DNA from: an uncultured Chloroflexia bacterium
Lineage (GTDB): Bacteria; Chloroflexota; Anaerolineae; Anaerolineales; UBA4823
DNA length: 64,000 nucleotides
NCBI GenBank assembly: GCA_963840255.1
Contig: CAWIYB010000005.1
Location: 899,406 to 963,405 of the forward strand
Reading direction: 5' to 3'
Shown here: piece after piece, positions 9,584 to 18,469 of the stretch
How the letters are laid out: each line of letters begins with the position of its first letter
Position numbering within the stretch: the first letter of the stretch is position 1
Program-made: the position numbers and the translations under genes
The notes under the pieces: model-generated
Seen by the model: the letters and a program-made list of their open reading frames with translations, nothing else
Databases searched by the model: none
What the model was told of the DNA's origin: nothing

Positions 9584-12500
9584 GTGTATATGCTTAAGAA
9601 ATTCGTTACCATTTTCGGCGGTGACCCTAACAAGAGAGCGCTCACCAAGTCTAACGATGTCGTCGACCAGATCAACAACCTGGAACCGGAGTTCGAGGCG
9701 TTGAGCTCTGAAGAGCTGCTTGCCAAGACAGTTGAATTCCAGTCACGCCTGGCCGATGGCGAGACCCTGGATGCCCTGCTACCCGAAGCCTTCGCTGCCG
9801 TGCGTGAAGCCAGTAAGCGCACCAACGGTCAACGCCATTATGACGTACAGCTGATCGGCGGCATATCCCTGCACCAGGGCAAGATCGCCGAGATGCGCAC
9901 CGGTGAAGGCAAGACCCTGGTGGCTACCCTGCCCCTGTACTTGAACGCACTCACCGGAAAGGGCACCCACCTGGTGACGGTGAACGACTACCTGGCACGG
10001 CGTGACGCCCGCTGGATGGCACCCATCTATAATGCGCTTGGGCTCAGTGTGGGCGTGCTGCAGATGGCTGCCCGCACAGAGAATGGAAAGAAAGCCTTCA
10101 TCGTTGACCTGGAGAAAACCTCCCCGCACGAAGACCAGCACCAGCTGCGCCTGGTGGACCGCCGCGAAGCCTACGCCGCCGACATCACCTACGGCATTAA
10201 CTCGGAGTTCGGCTTCGATTACCTGCGGGATAACATGACCATGAGCCTGGAAGAACGCGTCCAGCGCGGCCACTATTACGCCATCGTAGACGAGGTCGAC
10301 AACATCCTCATCGATGAAGCCCGCACCCCACTGATTATCTCAGGACCTGCCCAGGACGATGCCGAATGGTATATGCGCATGGTGCAGGTGGTACGCCAGC
10401 TGCGTGCCGAAGACTATGAGCTAAATGAGCGCGACCGAAATATCACCCTCACCGAGATCGGTGAGCTGCACGTCGAGGAGCTGCTGGGTGTCGCACTAAG
10501 CGACCCCGAACGCCCAGAGGACGTCACCCCCGAGCAGGCACGCTTGAGAGGCTTCCTCGAGCAAGCCTTGCGCGCCCAGTTCCTGTTCAAACGCAATAAA
10601 GACTACCTGGTCCAAACGGGTAAGGTTGTCATTGTCGACGAGTTCACCGGACGGTTGATGCCAGGGCGGCGCTGGTCGGATGGGCTTCACCAGGCGGTTG
10701 AAGCCAAGGAAGGTGTGCGCGTCCAGGCGGAGAACGTCACTTACGCCACCATCACCATCCAGAACTACTTCCGCATGTACGAGAAGCTGTGCGGGATGAC
10801 CGGTACTGCCCTCACCGAAGCTGAGGAGTTTGACAAGATCTACAAGCTGGATGTGATCGCCATCCCCACCAACCTGGAATACCAGGCTTTGCGCGAGGGG
10901 TCTGCTCTCTCCCTGCTCGAAGACAAGGATGAGCAGGGCTACAAGTTCCGCTATTATGCCTTGCAAAAAGATCCCCAGAAGCAGCCTGTATTCTTCCAGC
11001 GCAAGGATTTCCCGGATGTCATTTACCGTACCGAGGAGGTGAAGTTCCGCGCCATCACCAGTGAAATCCTGCGCTTCCATGCCATGGGTCGCCCGATGCT
11101 GGTAGGCACCACTTCGGTCGAGCTTTCCGACCACCTCTCCACCCGCATGCGGGCTGAGCCCCTGCGCAAGCTAGCCCAGGTAGCCATTCTGCGGCGGGCA
11201 TGGTTGGAGAAGAACAACCGCGAGGAGGATGGGCGTATTGTTGAAGAGCTGCAACCGCTCAATGCACCCCTCGACCAGCTGCAGGTGCCCGATATGCGCA
11301 AGATGGCGCGTGACCTGGGCATCTCCTTCAACCCCGAAGACCCCGAGAACATCACCCGTCTGCTGGATATCCTTGACCTGCCAGCTGAGGATGCCGAGCG
11401 GCTGAAGACCGACCTGGAATCGGGCATCCCCCACCAGGTGCTGAATGCCCGTAAGCACACCGAAGAATCCCAGATCATTGCCGATGCAGGTGCTTTTGGA
11501 GCAGTTACCATTGCTACCAACATGGCCGGACGCGGCGTCGACATCAAGCTTGGAGGCGAGCTGCCTGAAGGCGTAATCGACTCGGTCAACCGCATCCTGC
11601 GACGCGCCGGGTACGCCGACCCATATGACATGCGCCATGAAGAACGGCGCCAGGCACTCGAGGCACTCACCCCCGAGCAAACCGGCATCTATGAAGCCGA
11701 TATCGCCAGCTTCCTGAGCTACATGCAGCATATGCAGCGTGTTAAAGAGCTGGGCGGTTTGCATGTGATCGGCTCGGAGCGCCATGAAGCCCGCCGTATC
11801 GATAACCAGCTGCGCGGCCGTGCTGCCCGCCAGGGCGATCCCGGCTCGTCACGCTTCTACCTCTCCCTGGAAGACGAGCTGATGCGCCGCTTCGGTGGAG
11901 GGCAGGTCGAGTCGATCATGCAGCGCATGAAGATTGACGATGCCGTGCCCATGGAAGTGGGGCTGGTCAGTCGCCTGGTTGAGCAGTCTCAGACGCGGGT
12001 GGAAGGCGCCAACTTTGACGTCCGCAAGCACCTGCTCGAATACGACGACGTGCTCAACACCCAGCGCCAGCGCATCTATGGTCAGCGCGACTTAATCTTC
12101 ACCAAGGCTGACCTCTCGGAGGACGTGACCGAGCTATTGGGCACTGAAGTCAACCGCCGGGTACCTGAATCGCTGGCAGATGACGAAGGTCCATGGAAGC
12201 TGCTCGCCTGGCTGGACCAGGTGCAGCCACCGCTTGACCTGGGTGGGATACTCTTCCCGTCCTACTCGCTCAAGCTGCTGGTGGACCATCTTGCCAGCCA
12301 ACAGAAGGGCTACAACTCAATGGAGGACCTGCGCGATGCCCTGCTTGGGTTGGCGAACGAAGCGCTTAAAGCCGAGGAAGAACACTTATTACGCACCATC
12401 GACAACCTGCTGGAAACGAGCCGTGAGCGCCTGGAGAGCCAGGCGAAGGAACGCCTGGAAGCACTCGACACATTCTACGAAGGGCTGAGGATGGGCGAGG

Positions 12501-13742
12501 CGGACGATGCTGCCCCGCGCACCTCGCGAGACCTGCTGGATGAGCTGGTGGGCATGGTGCATGTTAACATCCGCCTGACCCCGGAGGAACTGCGCCTGCT
12601 GCGGGATGACCCCGACAAGGTACGCAAGACCATCCGCACCCAGGTGGAGAACGCGGTCGCCGGGCAGTCGGTGATGCGCCTGGTGGGTGCAATTGAGCGG
12701 CGCCTGGAAGACACCCTCGACCTCGAGGTTACCCAGCTGGACAGCTCGGATTGGGAAGCGATGGCAGACCAGGTCTACCATTCCACCCAGCTTGTGCTGA
12801 CCAAGAGGCGTGAGCGCCTGTTGGGCAACGGCGCCGGACCAGGATCCGGCCAGCTGGCACATGACCTGGAAAGTGCGCTCACGAAGATCACCGGACCCGT
12901 CACCACCAACCACATGCTGGGCTTGCTGTTGATGATGCCCCAGGGTACCAAGGCTTCCTTCGACAAGAAGACCCACCGGCGGGTCTTGCAGCGTACTACG
13001 CGCTTGAGCTACATCTACCTGGCAGCCCGCCTGCTGGAGGGGCGCCCCCCGGAGGATATTACTGAAGAGGTGCTGAAGCATCTGCAGAGCGCACAGGAGA
13101 CCATCCGCCGGGCCTGGGGAGCGAGTGAATTCTCGCGCCTGGCGAATGCCACGCTGCCAGAACTCGATCCCACACTGCGCGACACACTTTGCAGCCTGCT
13201 GGGTGAAGAGACCTGTGCCAGCCTGGAGACCCAACCCCTGCAAAGCCTGGACCGTGAGCAGATCATCAAGATCATGGACGAGCTGGGCCGTCGCGCCCTC
13301 ACCCAGGTCTACCGCCAGCTGCTGCTGGGGGTGATCACCGAGCTGTGGGTGGACTATCTGACCCAGATGGAAGCGCTTGCGCGTCTCCATCGGACTGGAA
13401 GCATATGGTCAGCGTGACCCGCTGGTGCAGTATAAGAGCAAGGCGTTCGAGCTGTTCCAGAATCTGCTCAAGGATATGCGTTCGGGAGTGATCGCGCGCA
13501 TGTTCACCTACCGCCCCCGCCTGATGAGCAGCGTACAGAGCGAGATGCACCGACCCACCACGGTGGAAGAATTCGAGGCGGAGACGGATGCCGTCACAGC
13601 GAGCGGTGATGGGGAAGAAGCCGAGGAGCAGCCGGCAGATGGGGCTGACCTTGAAGCTGAGGCCGAAGAAGAACCGGTGGGTGTGCAGGACAACCAACCC
13701 CAGCTCAGCAAGTCGCAGAAGAGGCGCAGGCATAGGAGGTAG
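9584..13742 (+). CDS. secA: preprotein translocase ATPase SecA, unusually long (~1385 aa) and interrupted by a 1-nt frameshift near 13379
   Basis: Motor motifs MRTGEGKTLVATLP, VDEVDNILIDEARTPLIISG, GMTGTALTEAEEF, TNMAGRGVDIKLGG and GGLHVIGSERHEARRIDNQLRGRAARQGDPGSSRFYLSLEDELMRRFG. ORF 9584..13417 ends in out-of-frame residues after ...WVDYLTQMEAL. The conserved continuation [26 protein letters not shown] is in the next frame (ORF 13377..13742). Confidence 0.9.
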
Positions 13743-14190
13743 GAATGTCAGCGACCAACATAAAGATTAACACGAAGGACACAAAGTACACAAAGGAAAC
13801 GCATAATAAATATTAATCCATTACAGGATTAGGCAATAAGGGTGGAATGTTTAGGTACTTTAGATCAGGCGGGATTGAAACCCAGTTATCGCTCACAGAT
13901 AACGTTGGCGACTTTGTCATAAAAAAAACAGAAAACGAAACGGAACGAAGATTGCAGCAAAAGCGGCTGCGATTTGGTATACTCCTAACATACAGGTGTG
14001 TACGTTGGGATGAATTGAATTGATTAAAAAAAATAAATGAATTCAAATAAGCTCCTGGATGAATATCCAAAATAACAGCGGGGGAAATAATGGTTGAAGA
14101 TCTCGTAAGCATGACCTATTGCATATCAGTTATGCGTTGGGTTTCGGCAAAAATACTGCCAAATCCCCATCTACTCCTGGCTGAGGATTA

Positions 14191-14263
14191 ACATTTGCAA
14201 CAGCGCAGGGGAGGGATTTTTAATGTTGCATTCGGGATTCCTCCCCTGCGCTTCTACAAATGT
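14191..14263. other. long imperfect hairpin (two-tier stem)
   Basis: ACATTTG (14191-97) pairs with CAAATGT (14257-63). AGCGCAGGGGAGG (14202-14) pairs with CCTCCCCTGCGCT (14240-52). The loop is 25 nt. It lies ~450 nt downstream of the secA stop in a gene-free gap. Confidence 0.5.
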
Positions 14264-14276
14264 CATTCCTCATTTG

Positions 14277-14371
14277 GTGAGTAATAACACTTATACCGGT
14301 AAAGATCAACCGGTATACGGATGTCATTATCTAAAATGAAATAAAGATGACATCCTAATGTATCTACTCAC
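14277..14371. repeat. 95-bp inverted-terminus element A (candidate small structured RNA or MITE)
   Basis: Termini GTGAGTA (14277-83) and TACTCAC (14365-71) enclose two hairpins: TACCGGT-aaagatca-ACCGGTA (14294-14315) and GGATGTCAT...ATGACATCC (14319-14355). Confidence 0.55.
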
Positions 14372-14410
14372 TATAACTGGCATTATGTAACCTATCGTGA
14401 ATAAGAAAGA

Positions 14411-14472
14411 GCGGATTGCTTCGTCGAGCTTCGGTATCTAGTAAAAAGCATTGGATTCTGTGAACGCCCTCC
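14411..14472. repeat. conserved ~62-nt core, copy 1
   Basis: gcggattgcttcgtcgagcttcggtatctagtaaaaagcattggattctgtgaacgccctcc aligns with 14811-14873 (gattgcttcNtcgNgcttc ... aagcattggattctgNgaacgccctc). Confidence 0.55.
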
Positions 14473-14564
14473 TTCTCCGAAAACCAACGGGGATACCGCA
14501 ACGACAATTAAAAGGTTCGCCGCGGTGGATTTATAATGATTCTTGGCGAATAATGGTCGAGGGG

Positions 14565-14772
14565 GTGAGTAATTACCACTCTTACCGGTAAAGACCGACC
14601 GGTACACGACTGCCTTTTACCGATATAACCCAATCGGTACAGGAAACTACTGTTTGATATGGGAAACCACCATATCAACTTTTGTAGGCAGTCCTACCGG
14701 TAAAGACCAACCGGTATACGAATGCTTTCATCTTAATTAACCATAGGAAAGTATTCTAATGTAATTACTCAC
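14565..14772. repeat. 208-bp inverted-terminus element B (candidate structured RNA or MITE)
   Basis: Perfect 12-bp termini GTGAGTAATTAC (14565-76) and GTAATTACTCAC (14761-72). Internal hairpins are TACCGGT/ACCGGTA (14583-14604), TACCGAT/ATCGGTA (14618-39), TTGATATGG/CCATATCAA (14654-78), TACCGGT/ACCGGTA (14695-14716) and GAATGCTTTC/GAAAGTATTC (14720-56). The helix ACTGCC/GGCAGT (14609-14 / 14687-92) encloses the middle two. Confidence 0.6.
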
Positions 14773-14810
14773 AGAAATCGAGAAAAAAACCGATTGATCT
14801 ATATTGTAAA

Positions 14811-14873
14811 AGGCAGATTGCTTCTTCGGGCTTCAAAGTGTGGTAATAAGCATTGGATTCTGAGAACGCCCTC
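14811..14873. repeat. conserved ~62-nt core, copy 2
   Basis: aggcagattgcttcttcgggcttcaaagtgtggtaataagcattggattctgagaacgccctca is the second copy of the core at 14411-14472. A solo left terminus GTGAGTAATTAC follows at 14942-53. Confidence 0.55.
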
Positions 14874-15072
14874 ATCGCAATGACAGTTAATGGGAAATTA
14901 TTATTCGAATTTGCTTACATTTTTACCTACGAGTGCGAACAGTGAGTAATTACATTCTAATTATAGCACAAATGTTCTAATCCACAAGGGGTTTAAGAAG
15001 ATTTAAGGGAAGCGTAGGGTAGCGGTTGGCGGAACAGCAGGGGCGACTAGATATAAAACCACCACCAACCCT

Positions 15073-15567
15073 TCAACTGTTCCCACTGGCTTTCAACGCA
15101 CGCTCGATGTCGCGAACCCGGTGGAAGGTAGAATGACCGACGAGGTCATATGGCCATTCCTTATTACGCTCCTTGCTGGTGAACCATTCATCGGTGGCTG
15201 CTCTCAGCGCAGCGAGCACGTCCTGCTGGACCTGCCTGTGCCAGGCGAGCACATCCTGGGGAGAACGATTGTGCCAGCGCAAGTAGATGAGATGGTTGGC
15301 GTCATTCGTCTCCAGCCCACGTTCCTCGGGAAGTCGCTTTTGCCGCCGGGCGGAGCGGGCCAGGTCCGCTTTCCAATGGGTGATATGGGCGACAGCATCT
15401 TTCACCGTCCATGGGTCTTTTGTCTCTGGTCGGATCAACAGCTGCTCCCAATCTTCAGCGCTTAAACCCACCAGCAACTGATCCAGGAGCTTGAACTCAC
15501 TGATGGCACGCTCGATTACTTCGTCACGGGTGTGATGCATGGTTTGTAAGACCTCCTGCCAGGTCAA
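15073..15567 (-). CDS. DinB/ClbS-like four-helix-bundle protein (function uncertain)
   Basis: 164 aa. The pattern ...LSAEDWEQLL...PWTVKDAVAHITHWKADL... resembles the DinB-superfamily / ClbS(DUF1706)-type His-containing helix. Coding status is well supported by length and composition; the family call comes from memory only. Confidence 0.5.
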   Translation of the reverse strand: MTWQEVLQTMHHTRDEVIERAISEFKLLDQLLVGLSAEDWEQLLIRPETKDPWTVKDAVAHITHWKADLARSARRQKRLPEERGLETNDANHLIYLRWHNRSPQDVLAWHRQVQQDVLAALRAATDEWFTSKERNKEWPYDLVGHSTFHRVRDIERALKASGNS

Positions 15568-15809
15568 GCATCAAGTTATAGCATGAGCCATAGGCATGAC
15601 ATAGAAAAGAGTGTTACTGACCACCTTATTACAGGTGAGTATACCAGCTGTCAAGCCATTGACCGAAAGGGTCACAGGCATAATGGTAGCGGTGTAATGG
15701 CTGCTAAGTTTATCGATCAGTGGTTGCTTGGCTATGATTAGACTGGATACAGCTTCCCCAATAAATCAGGGGTAAGAATAACGATAACTCGGGTATATAA
15801 TCTAAATTA

Positions 15810-17094
15810 ATGAACTTAACCCTGGAAAATAAATATCAGCTGCTGTTGGATATATCGCATAAGGTGCGAGACACGTTAGACCTGGACGAGATTATGGAGC
15901 ACTTACTCGATATGGTAAAAACCGTGCTCCATTACGATGCTGCCGGCATCTTTGTGCTTAATCAAGACCTGGTGCGCGGGCGGCATGAGTCGCCGCTGGG
16001 GATGATCGCAGGAGTTGCCCGACGAGGTTTTGATCCCAACCCGCCACAAGAAGATGCCATGCTCATGCGCGGTCAGGGGATTACGGGCTATGTCATCCAG
16101 AATTGTGAGAGTGTGATCGTGCCCGATGTACGCCTGGACCCGCGCTATGTGGTTGGACGGCGGGCAACACTCTCTGAAATTACCGTACCGATCATCCGTA
16201 ACGAACGCGCGATTGGTGCCCTCAACCTGGAGAGTGACCGGTTATCCGCCTATACGCCCGACGACGTTGAAGTACTTCAGTTTTTCGCCGATGCGGCGGC
16301 GATTTCAATTGAAAAAGCAATGCTGCACAAGCAGCTGCTCGAGCAGGAGCTGGTTGGTAAGCAGCTCGAAACTGCACGAGAAGTCCAGTCCAGGCTGCTA
16401 CCACACAGTGCACCTGATCTATTGGGTTACGATATTGCCGGGATTTGTATTCCAACAGATGAGATTGGCGGAGATTATTTTGATTACATCCCTTTATCCC
16501 ACAACCGACTTGGACTGGCAGTAGCTGACGTATCCGGGCACGGCATTCCTGCCGCGCTGGTAATGACTGCGTTTCGAGCTTTACTACGTATTAAAGCGCT
16601 TGGGAATTCAAGACCTGCCAATATTGCAAATACGATAGACCGGCTTCTACCGGAATTTACCGGAAACAAGCATTTTGTCACCGTCTTGTATGCCGTATTG
16701 GACGCTGAATCAGGCGACCTGACCTATGTCAGCTGTGGGCATCCACCGCCTCTTATCCTGCACGCAAATGGCGAAATGGAAAAACTAAACCGCCATAACC
16801 CTGCGCTCGGGCTTGCCCTCGGGATTTTTCCAACCCTGCATCACAATGACGAGGAAAATCATCTGGCAGAAGGGGATATATTAGTTTTATATACAGACGG
16901 GGTAACTGAAGTGATGAACCAGGATAATGAATCCTTCGGAATACAGCGCCTGGTGCAAGTAATCAGGGAGAACCAACAATTGGATGCAGAGGATTTTAAT
17001 TCTAAAAATTATCCGGGCGGCCGGGGTTTTCACCGCAAATTATGGCTTTTTGGACGATTTCACCCTGGTTATTGTGCGACGAGAGAACGGCTAG
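15810..17094 (+). CDS. GAF-domain PP2C/SpoIIE-type serine phosphatase (RsbU-like), with a 1-nt frameshift near 16994-17008
   Basis: N-terminal GAF (ITGYVIQNCESVIVPDV...EITVPIIRNERAIGALNLES) followed by SpoIIE/PP2C blocks (GGDYFDYIPL, LAVADVSGHGIPAAL, VLYTDGVTEV). The called ORF runs to 17192 in an aberrant tail. The family-typical C-terminus ...IIRAAGVFTANYGFLDDFTLVIVRRENG* is in the adjacent frame, ending at TAG 17092-17094. Confidence 0.8.
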
Positions 17095-17240
17095 AACAAC
17101 CTTATGCCGCGATATCCGCATGGTCATTATTGGGTAAGATAAGAGATTCCTGGTCAGTGCCAGTGCACGCCCTCCGCAAACTCGTGGGGTGAATATTAAA
17201 CCAGCCGTTTAGAATTTGTATACTACTAAGGAAGAGTGTT

Positions 17241-18164
17241 ATGGCGAAAATTATTACTACACTGGGTCCCAAATCATCGACCGAACTGGGGATGATCCTG
17301 CCCCATGAACACATCTTCGTAGACCTGCGGACCTGGAACACACCCGGTTACGCCCAGTCTGAGGTCGATGATGTGCTCAAGCTGATGGTGCCGGAAATAA
17401 AAAGAGCCCAAAAATCAGGTGTGAGTGCCATCGTCGAATGCAGCACCGTCGGCGTGGGACGGCGGGCGGATATTGAGCGGGCAGTGTCGGAGGCGACCGG
17501 TGTACCCCTGGTGATACCCACGGGAATTTATCGTGAACCCTGGATCCCAGATTGGGCCCACGCTGCCAGCGAGGCCGAACTGACCGGTTGGATGCTGGGC
17601 GAGTTGCAAGGGGAAATAGAACAGAGCGGTGTGCAAGCCGGTTGGATCAAACTGAGCGCTGGGGATGATGGGTTAACTGCCGGTGAAACCAAAATCTTGC
17701 GAGCGGCTGCCGCGGCTGGCCGAGTGACAAATGCTGTGATTGGCAGCCACACAGTTAGAGGCCGGGTGGTGCGGGACCAGCTTGATATCATCGAGCAGCT
17801 GGGTTATACGGCAGAACGATTTATCTGGATACACACCCAGGCGGAGCCAGATTTCGAGCTACACCTGGAGATGGCCCGCCGTGGAGCCTGGCTCGAATAT
17901 GACGCAATCGGGAATAGCGAGTGGCAAGCGGACGAGTACTATCTGGAGCACATACAACGATTGTTGGATGCTGGTCTGGAGAATCAGCTGCTGCTGAGCC
18001 ATGACCGGGGGTGGTATGACCCGGCACTACCAGGTGGCGGTGTTCCCAAGCCGTACACTTACATCACAGACCAGTTCCTGCCAAAGCTCCGCACGGCTGG
18101 AGTGGGCGAGGGAATAATCGATCAACTAACCCGGGTCAACCCCTTTCGGGCATTTGCCCGTTGA
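17241..18164 (+). CDS. phosphotriesterase-family amidohydrolase (PTE/Php-like)
   Basis: 307 aa. The N-terminal metal-binding motif LPHEHIFVDL (HxH), a TIM-barrel amidohydrolase pattern with later His/Asp (GSHT, WIHTQ, LLSHD). Confidence 0.75.
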   Translation: MAKIITTLGPKSSTELGMILPHEHIFVDLRTWNTPGYAQSEVDDVLKLMVPEIKRAQKSGVSAIVECSTVGVGRRADIERAVSEATGVPLVIPTGIYREPWIPDWAHAASEAELTGWMLGELQGEIEQSGVQAGWIKLSAGDDGLTAGETKILRAAAAAGRVTNAVIGSHTVRGRVVRDQLDIIEQLGYTAERFIWIHTQAEPDFELHLEMARRGAWLEYDAIGNSEWQADEYYLEHIQRLLDAGLENQLLLSHDRGWYDPALPGGGVPKPYTYITDQFLPKLRTAGVGEGIIDQLTRVNPFRAFAR

Positions 18165-18363
18165 TTCCTCATAAAGTAGGGGAGATTGCATCACTAAAGC
18201 GTGGTCGATATGAAAACCAGCTCAAATCGCTAATCCCGGCGATATCATCATCGGCTTGAAATCCTGATTGCTATCGGTTTATTCGCATCTCCATTACCGT
18301 GCTCAGATTTGAAAAAGGAAGATTGCTCCCCAAAAATCAGCGGGGATTCTTCCTCCGAGGGCT

Positions 18364-18393
18364 GGGGGCATACTCCCCCCAAGAGCTGGGGGG
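18364..18393. terminator. overlapping G5-6/C5-6 hairpins between convergent genes (possible bidirectional terminator)
   Basis: GGGGG-catact-CCCCC (18364-79) and CCCCCC-aagagct-GGGGGG (18375-93) share the C-run. The site lies between the PTE gene end (18164) and the PD40 gene end (18470). There is no clean U-tract. Confidence 0.3.
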
Positions 18394-18469
18394 ATTCCTC
18401 AATGACAGAACATTGCTGGGATCAACGGTTCAACCAGCGGGACTAACCGGCCTATACGACTCCCTTTCT

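Noticed and set aside
12389-13390. Long antisense ORFs inside large genes (e.g. 12389..13390 and 9779..10273 in secA, 32321..33310 in dnaE, 39662..40534 in the oxidase, 6772..7584 in the permease, 8563..9426 across dppA/DUF488, 18866..19810 in the PD40 gene)
   Set aside because: Each fully overlaps a motif-rich, confidently assigned gene on the other strand. Their translations are Arg/Ser/Pro/Gly-rich low-complexity strings typical of shadow ORFs in GC-biased coding DNA.
13813-14607. ORFs 13813..14112 (-) and 14392..14607 (-) in the gap after secA
   Set aside because: Their composition is not protein-like, there is no RBS, and they run through hairpin or inverted-repeat elements. They are more parsimoniously non-coding.
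14277-14953. Group II intron or other self-splicing element suggested by the GTGAGT termini
   Set aside because: The elements are only 95-208 bp. They have no domain V/VI-like structure, no GUGYG 5' end and no reverse transcriptase ORF.
15796-15812. Leaderless-type promoter for the GAF-PP2C gene (TATAAT at 15796-15801, 8 nt before the ATG, with no SD)
   Set aside because: The -10 hexamer is perfect, but the -35 region (taagaa) is poor, and an AT-rich hexamer can arise by chance in this AT-rich spacer. It is not enough for a feature call without TSS data.
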